NCBI RefSeq assembly: GCF_041146345.1
Contig: NW_027191404.1
Span: forward strand, 744,001 to 808,000
DNA length: 64,000 bases
Source: Neodothiora populina
Taxonomy: Eukaryota
Reading direction: 5' to 3'
The first letter of the stretch is position 1; each line of letters opens with the position of its first letter. Shown here one piece after another: positions 13,186-24,558 of the stretch. The translations under genes were made by a program, and so were the position numbers. The notes under the pieces were generated by a model. The model was not told where the DNA came from and searched no databases. It saw only the letters and a program-made list of their open reading frames with translations.

Positions 13186-15277
13186 CTAGACAGAGGTGAT
13201 ACGTCCAGCATTGTTCCTTTTGGGGTTGCGGAGAACCATGACCGACTGCAGTTCTCGAATCATATTGGTGCTGCTGTCGCGCTTGGATCTGATCTCTACT
13301 TGTTTCAGACGTTCTTCTTGCATCTTAGAGATGCGCTCTTCTCGCGTCAAGGTGCTGTGAGGTCTCTGGCGAGGTAACGAAATGCCCTCGAAGACTTCTT
13401 CGTCAGAAGCTGACAAGCTCGATCGGTTTGACTTGGTCTCGCCCATTAAGGCTCGCAAAGCTTCCTCCGGTCCACCTTCCTCGACAGCAGTGAGGCCGCC
13501 AAGGCTAGAGGCTGGAGATCGGAGGCCTCCCGAGGCAAGTGAGATGCGTCTCTCTTGCTTGTCGATGTTGTTGGCCAGAGATGCTTTGCCGGTCTCCCAG
13601 GCCTGCATCAGCATTTTGAGATCAGCACCGATGGACTCGTATTGTGACATGAGATTGGGCCCGAGATCAGTGAGGTCCTCGGAACCTTGGATGGCTTTGT
13701 TAGACTCCTCACGCAGCAAGGCCATCTTGGCCTGTAGTGAGCGGATACCCGAGGACACGTTGGTAATGTTGCGAACCTGAGCGCGTAGGCGGTCGTTTGT
13801 AGGTCGGGGACTGAGCTTGGGGGTAGCCGGCATGGTGAATTCTGCAGGCTTGTGGTTAGCAAAGACAAGTCGCAGGCTAGAGCCATGGCAGAAGATGCAT
13901 CTTACGTTCTGTCTCGCGCAACAAGTCATTCAGCTTCTGAGCCCATTTCGCAGACACGGTAGCGAGCGATCTCATAATGTCAATGGCCGCCCACCATCTC
14001 GCAAAGTCCGGCTTTCCACCATCAGCACCCAGCGACATCAACGAGCACAGCACCGTCCGTCTCAGAGTGGTGTATTGGTATCCGACGATGCGCAGGCTCT
14101 TTAATGATTCGCCATCAGTCACTTCTTGCGCGTCGCCCAATTCTGGATTGGTTGCCTCCTGAATTGCATGGTGTGGAATGTCGTAGACGTCGAGCAATCT
14201 ATCGAGGTCTTCTTCATTCAGCAAAGTGGCGAGTGAAGTGTGAGCATCCCTGAAAGCAGGGAGTACGGCGGCGTAGGCGTTGGCAAGGCATCTGCGCAGC
14301 CTGGCGCATTTCCGGTCGCCTTTGGCGTCTTCGAAGCGGGAGATTGGCGGGAGGGGAGTACTCCTGGCGCACAAGTCAGCTCACAATATTTTCGGTTTAG
14401 GTGGTGTGCCTGCTACGCACAATCTATAGCCTTTAGACACAAGCTCTACCTCCTGGATAAGGGATAGCGCAGCAGACGATGTCATCTCCAGACCTCTGAC
14501 GTTGGTTGTGAGATCAGAGATGGACGTGACAGCCTGGCACCTTAGACTCTTGAGTGACTGTCGACGAATATAGGCGTAGAGCACGAGGGCGGCAACACAG
14601 AGACATGCTGACGTCGACAAGATCCTCGTCCTGTTTGCGCGAGCGCTGTGGGTGTATTTGATCAAGAGCACGATGGCCAGTGCGGCACCGATGGTGATGA
14701 GCACACCGGTGAGGTTGAGCGAATTCAGGTCAGACTCGAGCGGTATTGAATTCGACTGTTGTGGCGGGAAGTCTGTCGTGAGTAGTGATCCGAGGTCTGG
14801 GTATTCGTCAAGCAGCTGCGAGGCGACGATGGTGTATCGAAAATGCTCGAGGAACTGTTCATTCTCCGCTCTGCCGATGCGAGAGTTGACGGCTTTCTGT
14901 TGTCTGCGTGTCAGTGCATGCTTCGCAATAGTCCTTCAGGACTAAGCATACCGACCACGCTGCATGCGCCTTGGACAGGGTTCCCTGTTCCGGCAGTCGT
15001 AGCTGCAGCGACTGTCTCAACCTCTTGAACTTGCGAATGCGAGGCTCCGACACGTGGCGCGGGGCGAAAGATGGCGAGTCGGGACCTGACAACGACGACG
15101 ATGGCGTCGACGGCGAGCGGTCGTGACCTGTCATGTAATCGAAGGAATCATCCGCCGTTCCCTCGCCTGATACTATAAGCATTGGAATGGGAGGAGGCGC
15201 GGCGGCGTAGGACATTTGGGAGGCGTACCTTCGAGGAAGGCAGCCAGAGGAGTCTCCTCTGATACTATGCTCTCCAT
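13186..15277 (-). CDS. vezA: Vezatin-like protein (VezA-like), 5 exons
   Basis: Exon 1 MESIVSEETPLAAFLE|GEG, then FLEHFRYTIVASQLL, two hydrophobic TM segments, ALSLIQEVELVSKGYRL|STPLPPISRFE and a coiled-coil C-terminus (IRSLQAKMALLREES; TLTREERISKM). Confidence 0.8.
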
Positions 15278-15520
15278 TCACTTTGTCACTCGCACGAGCA
15301 TTACACAACAAGCTGTGGTTTTTGTGCTTGCAAAGGAGTGTCGTGCTGCTTGCGCTGCTTGTGCTGTTGTTTGTCCGTGGGCGAGTGAAAGGTCGCGATG
15401 ACAATATCACTCTGTTCTTTTCCCCTTTGTCGTATACACGCTTGGAAGCTCCGGTGCTCCTTGTTCGGCCTGGATCGGGTCCACAATAAGGCGAAAGATT
15501 GGCAGCGCTGTCGATCGTCT

Positions 15521-15533
15521 GGGGGGGGGGGGG
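15521..15533. repeat. G13 homopolymer upstream of the vezatin-like gene
   Basis: Run of 13 G read directly from the sequence. Confidence 0.85.
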
Positions 15534-16712
15534 CAGATCAGATCAAAGGCGATTCGTAGGGTAAATGTACAGTAGTGTGGGCTAAGCTATCATAAACACG
15601 TATAGACAGAGACTACTGCACCTCAGTTGAGTTGTGATTGATTGTCAACAGTCGAGCGTCATAGCCGTTGGAAGATTAAAGCAATGGAACGTGGAGAGCG
15701 GAGATACTCCCTTGTCTTTATTGTTATTTTGGTCAAAGGGGCACTCGTCCGAGGGTCGCAGGGTTACAGGATTACAAGGGCTACAGGGATTACACTTGAC
15801 TTACTCCAAGTGCTTGAGGGAATAGAGTGATATCGGGGTTCAGATACTGGTACGTCAATTAGACACGCCGCTCCGCCTGACGCACGGTTTGACCAAAGGT
15901 CACACCACGTGCATCTTTACTTCCAGTGTTCCATCATCTCGCCTCGCCCACCTGCGCACGCTTGTTCCGTTTTATTATAGACTCAAGACACGGTCCAGGC
16001 GAATCTCCGTCTGTTCTTCCAAGCCTTGACCGTGTGTCCGTCCGTGTCTCTGTAGTTACCCTACCCTGTTTCCCTCTTCCGTGGACACTTATCATGTCTC
16101 TGTCCTCTCTGTGCGTACCGCAGCATACATGGTCAGTACGAGGATGGGAATACATTGCTTTCTTTAGCATGCATGTATAACGACATGGTCATGTGGATCA
16201 AAATATGAAGATCACCCGTCCGTAGCGGAAGTCTTCCGGTTATAGACATTACCTTATGTTAGCCCACTAAGCTAGAAGACACGGAAGCTTCAGAGTAGTC
16301 CTCCACTGTGCAGTGCATATGTTCTTTCTATATTGCCTTACAGGCCGGCCGACCTATAAGAATAATGACGGTGTACGTAAAACTGCATCGAATGAGGATG
16401 ATGTATAGCACAACTCGCATACTCACAGCAACAGCATGACAACAACCACAAATACAAGTCCAGCACGGCAGGCGACCTGACTCTACAAAGATCTCTCGGA
16501 CGTGCTACATCTCCTTTAGCCTCTTGCAGTGCATCCACCGTAGCGAAATCAAACTTCTTACGTCTTTTCATGTGACCGACTTCGGCATGTATATCTTCTG
16601 ACCGAGTCTTGTCACAAGTCCACAGAGCAGAGTCCAACGACGAACATGACAAAGGGCAAAACCAATAAGATATCGTGATACTAAACACATCAGATGAACA
16701 GGCCCGTTACCT

Positions 16713-17696
16713 TTACCGGTCAAAGTTCTTGAGCTTAGGCATGAATCCAAGACCACCGCCGCTGGTCCCGTCCACTCCCTCAGGGCTCTGTTCTTGAATG
16801 CCTCCAGCACTACGATCCTTGACATGCTTCCTCAGAAGAGAAAGGATCTCCGAGTTCTTCCATCTCTGGGGTACGGGACGATAGGCGGGCTTGAAGGTTC
16901 CAATGGTCTGGGCCCACTCGCCTTGTCCAGGCTCTCTTGCACGCATGTCAACATTATTCGGAGCTTTGCCTTGCGCCGTAATAGTGGCCAGATCAGGACC
17001 GGCTCCTTCCGCATACTCTTGCGAAGTTGGTGTTGGCTCTTGAGTGACCCAGTAATAAATGTCCCAGTCGTTCTCGTCGAGGAAGATGTCGTACTGCTGT
17101 AATTGCTTCATGGTCATGAGGCCCAGATTCTCATCGGCGAAAGTGGACAGGAGGAGGTCGCTCTCTAGCGTCCCCCGTTTCCTGCTTTGGTCTATAGAAG
17201 GAAAACTTTGTCAGCAGGAAGACTACAAAGACGCCACCATCGAGATTGTCAACGAACATAATAGCCTGGCTCGCATGGTATTGAGATCTTCACCCGTCCT
17301 CCTGATAGGCTCAACACGGAAAGAACCACCCTCGATTTCACCTACTTTGAGATCCGAGTTCACACCAGACTCGGGTGCGCCCTTCTGCGTACCGCCTGTC
17401 ATACGCTCCGTGTTCTCTGGCACCGAATCTTTGGGGGTGAACTCTGGGTCAACGCTGGTGATCATCTCGGGTGGAACAGCATCCTTGCCGACACTGGGCA
17501 TCTCATTGGCGATGGTCGAGTTTGTGTTGGTCATATGAGGGTTCAATGGCTTCTCCGTCTGCTTCTTGCGATGGATATCGACATTCTCATGTTGACGGTC
17601 TTTTGCGTCGACGAAGCGACTTGCCGAGGAGCTGAACGGTCGTACAACTCTTGGTGCTGCACGAGCAGACCTGATGATGAATCTAGCGGCAGACAT
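16713..17696 (-). CDS. SDH5: Succinate dehydrogenase assembly factor 2 (Sdh5/Emi5), mitochondrial, 2 exons
   Basis: Presequence [28 protein letters not shown]; signature [25 protein letters not shown]...[15 protein letters not shown] across an intron at ~17193-17258. Confidence 0.93.
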
Positions 17697-18667
17697 TGTG
17701 TGATCAGTATGGGTAGTTGGCAATGTCAAAGGTCAGGATCTGAGTGGACGATAATACATCTTCCCTCCATTGGAGCTCGCTCCAAGGTGACAAACGTGAA
17801 ATATCGTCGACGTCATTGGTCACGTGCATTGGTCCATTACTGCACCTCGTCACAATTCCAGATTCATCGAGTCAATGTTGTTTCTACTGATAAGCATAAT
17901 TCTCGGTATTGTGAGATCTATTGTGCGGTAGTTATGTCTCTCGATGCATTTTCAAGTATGAGGGGTGGACCACTTTAGCAATGTCGATGGTTCTCACTCA
18001 TCAATTCTGTGGCTGCGCTAGATGCTTGTGTATACGACAACCAACAGCGAACCACTGAGTCTTTAGTGTGGAAGGATCCAATCAGCATACGAGTTACTGC
18101 TCAATCATAGCAATTAGATCAGTAAGAAGCTTGCGTACAACCAAGAAGCCAATGGTCAAAAGGGTTCATGATTATATTCTGGCTGGAAGATCATTCAGGG
18201 GGAATATTGGCCAGGGTGACCTAGACCGCGACACGACTTGTCCATACCAGCAAATGTGCACGCTTTCAAATGGCTTCAGCAGTTGGTCACACTAGAACTA
18301 GCCAGACCTGTACTACCCGATGGAAAGGCTATGCTGTTGCTTAGCTTGTTCAACACTGGAGATCAGGTGAGGGAGTTAAGGCAGAGTGCTTTGTTAGATG
18401 AGGCAGGTACCTAGTGTGGTCCAGTTGCAACTCGCTTAGGATCTTGTATGAAACCCGACCAGACAAGTCGTACCTTCCAAGATTGTGAGACAGCCTCTGT
18501 TTGTCTGGCAGTTTCTTCCCTACCTTACCTCTCAAGGTCGAAAGTAAGTCTGTCTCATCACTGCCCGTTCACCTCATTCTTCACCTCGGTCCTGTGCAAG
18601 TCCTCTTATTTCTTCCATCTCACCTATCTGCACTATCAAGCCGTCAGACTATCATACAATAGTCAAG

Positions 18668-19768
18668 ATGTCAGACTCTCAGAGCCTCTCAGTTCCCACA
18701 GGCACGGGTCGTCCTATTAACTCTCGCTCCAACTCAGCCAACAGCATGCAGCGCCCCGTAGAGCGCGTTGAAGTCGCTCAAGATCTTGTAGCGCAACGCC
18801 GCATGCGAGCCGACTCTTCGCAGTCGGTCAATAACAGCGGAGTGGCAGACGTGACCGAGGAGGGCAGACCGAACAAGATCACACTTCCTGCCCGTCAAGC
18901 AGCAAGCTCGAGTGACCTGCGCTCTGGTCTGTCTAGCCCAGTCATCCCTGATGGTGCTGTTCAGTAAGTCGCTAGTGATGACGATCTTTCAGAAACAGAC
19001 GAGTCTAAACTCACAAAGGAAACTCATCTCTTCCATTCATGCCGACAATCAGGAGGCGAAGACGCCTCTTCTGGAGGATCTGCCACAGACAACCTTCTTT
19101 GTCGGCCCTTTCAAGAAGCCATTCAAAGCACACAATTACCTTCTCATCAAAAAGGTGCCGCTCTTCAGGAAGCTCTTGTCATCTTATGTTGCACCAAAGC
19201 AGGAGCAATTGACCTTTGAGACTCTCGATGAATTTGCCGCTGCTATATTCATTCGTTGGCTGTATGGCGGGAAGCTCCATGGTCCCACAGATTTCCACTC
19301 GATGCACCATTATCTCGCTCTCTATGTTCTTGGGTTCACGTGGGACGTCGAGGATCTGTGCAACGGCGGTAAGCAATCGAAATCATAAGCAAAACAATTG
19401 TCTGATACATGCCAGTGATGGATCTGGTCCGTGCCTACTACCGCCACGAGAGTATGACTGCCCCTGCATTCAGACTCGAGTACATCTACACGATGACCCA
19501 GCTGCCGAACGCTATGCGAAACTTCCTCACCCAGACAGCCGCCTTCCGCGTGCTTTACGAGAGCCCATTGGCTCCCGGCGTCTACCTCAGCCCATCGATC
19601 AAAGGAGTCATAAGCAAGAGTCCAGACCTTGCCGTGGATTTTGCCGAAGCGTTGGTCAAGCTAAGCAGGAACGACATCAATGATCCTCGCAGAGGCGATA
19701 ACTGCAAATGGCACGAGCACTCGGACGGCAAACTCTGTCTGCCAATGTCTTCGGAGCCCTACGAATAA
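18668..19768 (+). CDS. Fungal BTB/POZ-like domain protein, 3 exons
   Basis: TTFFVGPFKKPFKAH..LL..VPLF, AIFIRWLYG, LALYVLG..WDVEDLCN|VMD and terminal CKWHEH..C. GT-AG introns near 18964-19018 and 19369-19414. Confidence 0.7.
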
Positions 19769-19983
19769 TAAGGCCTTGAGTAGCCCAGTGCCAAGTCAGT
19801 AGGATGGTGTCAACCCCTGAGCTGCAGCTCTCGGGTGGAAACGTGAAGATTGAGCATAGGAGAAAGGGAGGAGAGTCGTTAAGCCATCATCCTCTTGACG
19901 TGGAGTCGATAGATACATTTTATCAGCTGTTGAGAGTCTACACCTGCTATAGCCCTACGTGCGCACACAAAAAGACGTACGTC

Positions 19984-21057
19984 TCAAATCAAGTGCTTTG
20001 ATCTGCAACGGACTGTTAGAAATCATATCTGAAAGTCTGATGACCACCTGGTATACGTACCTGAAGTAAGCGCGGAGGTAGACGATTTGCCATGCGCCGA
20101 GACCAGCGAGCATTCCCATTGTTCCTAAAGCAAACCACTTGACACGCTCGTTGGTGCTCTCGTTGGTGTCTCTGAGCTTCTGCTCTCTGGCCCGAAGGTA
20201 GTCCATCTCCGACACGACCTCTCCAACCAGCTCCTCGACCCTGCGCAACTCGGCCTCGACGGGCTTCAGCTTCTCGCCGGCCTGGATGGCAGACCAATCC
20301 TTTGCGTCGGCTCCGATGTCAATGTCGAGCTCGACGTGGCGAGTGGGGTTCATGACGGCTTGGGCTACAGAAAAGGAGGAAGAAGTCAGCGACTGCCCAA
20401 TTGTTTTTGTTCTTATTCTCAATCTCCAGATTTATTGTTTTGTCGCAACAAAGACAGCGGGAAGAGAGTAGCCTCGATGAGAGCAAGGACAGGACATACT
20501 AGAAGTAAGTATGTTCTCGAAGCAGACGTCGAAGGCAGCGTCGGCGTGCGAGGTGAATGCATATCTGTTCTCCCCGGCCACATCTCTAGGCCGGCCATAG
20601 TCGTTGCCGACGGCATCTTTGATCTGTAATGAGGCGCAGGCATTAGCCACTATTACTGTCCCTGGGTTTGGAAATCGCAAATATCGATGAAGGAGCGATA
20701 GGGGTCTAATGGAACTGCGCAGTGGAACCGATCGCATCTTTTCGCCCACTTAAAGCCAGCGTATCGCATGGAACATCGACAAAACAACCAAGCCAATCGA
20801 CGAAGCAAGCAAGACGACAAAGAGCAGAATGTACATACGTGAAGATTGAGCATCTGCCCATCGCCTCTGTTTCCACTGACAGTAGCAGTGACCACAACGA
20901 GCTGGTCCTTGGCCACAAAGTTGCGGATACATCGCTCCTTTCCCGCAGCTTTGTTGCCCGGGTAGGCTTGGATGTCGAACTTGAGCGCCCACGAGAGCGG
21001 CAGCAGCGCGAGGAGGAGCAGACGCATGAGGTTATATGTCGATGATCTCGACTCCAT
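19984..21057 (-). CDS. ERV25: p24-delta cargo receptor (Erv25/TMP21), 4 exons
   Basis: Signal peptide, then [14 protein letters not shown] (GOLD domain), [29 protein letters not shown], a TM segment and the tail YLRAYFR|SKHLI. Confidence 0.95.
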
Positions 21058-21745
21058 TGCGCGCGGGTAAGCGGTGATGTGGTGGTGTCGACGATGTTGA
21101 CGGCGACAAGAACACAAAACTAATATAAAATTGGATACTGCTACTCTCTTACTCCCAAGATCTAAACAATCAACCCTGAAGCTTTGGCGTCGCGTGTCCT
21201 TACCCCCCTCGCCCACTTTGCGGAGTGTTTGCTCGCACACTCTTGGCGCTTTTCACTGTTTGCTTACGGAGACCTCGGGAGGTAGACACAAGACATTGAT
21301 CCTTGATAGACTCGACAAGAACGATACCAATTGTCTACTATATACCTCAGCATCTTGCAATCTTACAGAAGTCAAGCCTTCAGTCGGGACATCAATCACA
21401 GTCGTCGTCGCAGGGGGCAAAAGCATGGTACGATGCGATAGTCTCGTAGGTGTCATGTAACTTCGTGTACCGGGCTAGAAGCATATCTAGGTATCTAGTC
21501 TGGATGCTTTTGCACGAGTGTTATAGCCTTAATCGATACTCTCGCACTTCGTTGGTCATCAGAATGAATGTTACATCCTTTCCATTCCCATTCCGTCCGC
21601 GCTGCTCATTCGTGATTCAATGCTAGCCTGGTTTAAGGAAGGGTCCTCCAACTGCGCCCTCAAATTGATGGGCAGCAGCTGAAACTGTCTGCGACAACTG
21701 TGGCATTTGCTTCGAATTCTGCCCTCTCAGGGCTACATCTCCTTT

Positions 21746-23214
21746 CTAGGTGGATGAAGCGCGCTGGACAGCTCCGAAGCGGGTATTGCCCTGGTCGAAG
21801 ATGGCGTAGATTGATTTCAATACAACATCGCCGTAGATGTCAAAGTCCATGCTACCACGACTCTGGATCCCGCCGTACACCATACCGTTACCTGCATCGG
21901 CGAAGGCAAGGTCCTCCTTGTTGATCGTGAACTGGTTGTTGCCAATAGCCACCGTCACAACTGGGAGGTCGCTAGCGCTGGTGCTGGACGGGAAGACATA
22001 GCCTTGTTGAGTATCATCATACTTGGATCCAGGAATAGCGTCGTAGATCTGTTTGAGGAAATTGTCGTCCACCTGCAGGAGGTTAGCATTGTCGAAATAC
22101 TATAGGAGTGATAGGCTCAGAGTTCGTCTTACCAGGCAGAGAGTGGTGCCGGTGTCCATGATCGAGGTGTTGCCACTACGATCAACAGTGCTTCCACCAA
22201 CTGTGGCAGAAGTCGAGCTCACACTCCAGAAGCCCTGAGAGTTGTCTACATCTGCCCACTATACAATTTGTCAGTAAAACATGTCGCTTCAGTCTATCCC
22301 AAATTGTATTGACCTTGATGTCGCTGTTTCCGCTCAGTCCGGCCGCGGTCAAGAGGTCCTGGTCGATGAAGCCGAAGGTGTAGAAGCTCTCCTCACCACT
22401 ATCCTTGTAGCCGGAAAGGCAAGCAGTGAACAGCTCGGATTCCTTTGGAATATCGTCTTGGCTGATCATGTTCTCAACGGGTGTCTTGACGGGTTCAGGC
22501 TGTACGGTGTTGATGCTGCCCCAAGCCAGACCGAGCAGTCCATCACCAGGTCCAGAGGTGAATTGAGAGGACATCTGGTCCGCAATCTCAATTCCTTGGT
22601 TCTTGATGACGAGTCCACCAATGTTGACGGTGTCGAAACCGACCGTACCAGACGCGGATGATGAGTCACCATAGGAGATCTGCCAGGTAGAGCCGGAGCT
22701 CGCCTTCCATGTAGAGCTCTTTGATGGATCAAAGATCGAGTGTCCGGCCTTCTTGCCTCGAGACTGGATGCTTTCGCTGAGCTTTGACGACCAAACCCAT
22801 AGATCAGAGGAGCCGGTATCGAAGTCAAGAGTCAATGTCTGCACTGGAGTACCAAGTCCGACCTGGCAGAGATACTCGGAATCATTCTGCTGATCCTCGG
22901 CTGGGACTTGTCCGGTCTGCCCACTTGATGGATCCTTCTTCAGCAACACTTGATGCTTGACGTGTGCCTTGCCTCCAACAGCAGTGGCGAACTTGTTCAT
23001 GAGGACAGGCTTGCCCGTCTGATGGACCACGTTCTGGCAGAAGTAAGGGCCATTGAGCGTGGGAGCGAAGTTATCTGCTTTGATTAGTATCTACTGTACA
23101 ATCGGCATGCAATTTCATACATTTCTTGAGAAGAGACACGTATGACTTCGTGCCATTTCGAACGTAGTTGGGGTTGTGAATGAGCTTAACGCGAGTCAAC
23201 TTCTGGCTGACCAT
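21746..23214 (-). CDS. Pepsin-family (A1) aspartic endopeptidase, aspergillopepsin-like, no evident signal peptide, 4 exons
   Basis: Both catalytic motifs are present (LDFDTGSSDLW and SIMDTGTTLCL), plus flap WQISYGD, DGLLGLAW and IYGDVVLKSIYAIFD. N-terminus MVSQKLTRVKLIHNPNYVRNGTKSY. Confidence 0.93.
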
Positions 23215-24558
23215 GATGGCGGATGAGGGTAAATATAGGTCTCTTTGGAAGTTTTTCGAAAGGATTGATGTGTATGAGGTAGTCAATTGGATGAATAGCA
23301 GTAGAAGGGTTGCAAAGGAGGATTGTAAATCTATCCACAGGAGTAGCTATCCAGCCTGTCTTATACACGAGGAAGGACCGCGGCACATGTCAAGAGTAAA
23401 CACAGAAGGTGCAACGTAACGTCATATGATAAAGCACAGTTACGCCATTATCAGCTGCGCGCGAACATGCTGCCTACCTACCTTACCTGCTAGAGGTCAT
23501 CTGCCGTATGATCGCCCATTAGAGCGTGGCTTATCGCTCTCCCAAAGCCCACTATAGTCACACTATATTGATGGACCTGCATAGATCAGGGCAGAGAGGA
23601 GAGGAGGGTCCAAGGACTCAGGGGATCGAGCGACGAAACGAGACTTGGAGGAGCTAGAACCGTGGCACATGCACGTATTCTCTGCTTGCTATGGCTGCTG
23701 CAAGAATCAAGCATCTGGCAGAGCCGTTACGAGAAGCGCATGATACAGTACAAGCTCTAATACACGAGAAAAATAAGGCGCTGCACCTGTACCTTGCCCA
23801 GAAAACTAAGGCGAGGTCAGAAAGCTTGTCAAAAGCGAGCGACCGGTGAGCTTGCTGCTGAGGTACGGCGCAGTACTGCTGTGAACGCATGGACTGGTCT
23901 CCTCCGCATTCCTGGGAACGCCCCTGCACGGCCCGTGGCGGCCGAATTGTAAATCCCTCCGCTAACTTTATCTGTAGAGAGAGTGCTTGAATGTCCACAC
24001 TGATCGGCTCGTTCGTGTCCAGGTGGGTACGTCACTGTTCATCTGTTCAAAGCAGCCTTCAGTGCCTATTCTTGTTTGGGTGATATCTTTGACGTGTGCT
24101 CTACTATAGATCACGCATCGAACTCGAAAACCTGCTAAGTGACTTCCCCGGGAGATAGCTCATGACACGTCACAGATAAGGATACTCGAATCAGAGCGAT
24201 CCGCACGCGCCCGGGGAGAAGAACATCGATAGCTTTTCCAATATTGATTCGCCTCTAGCAAGTTTCAATGCTGGCTCTCTGCTGCGGTGGTAGCTTCACG
24301 GATAACGCGGCGAGGCATGTACACAGCAAAGAATCTTGATCTGATTGTAGTGGTGCCACTATGACATCTGGTTGAAGAAGCAGTATCGAAGTGCAGCTGC
24401 CTGTGTTTGCAGCTCCACCAATGCAGTAACGCTATAAACCCCTGTGTGCTATGATCTGAAACCTCGACGCGTCCGCAGAACGCAAAGCCATCGTCATATG
24501 AGCTGGACGAGATAGTAGTGTATAGTGCAGGTACGGTAATGACAATGTGCCTTGCTGC

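Noticed and set aside
15761..15795. Degenerate tandem repeat gggttacaggattacaagggctacagggattaca
   Set aside because: Too short and irregular to call; it is not a telomeric TTAGGG array.
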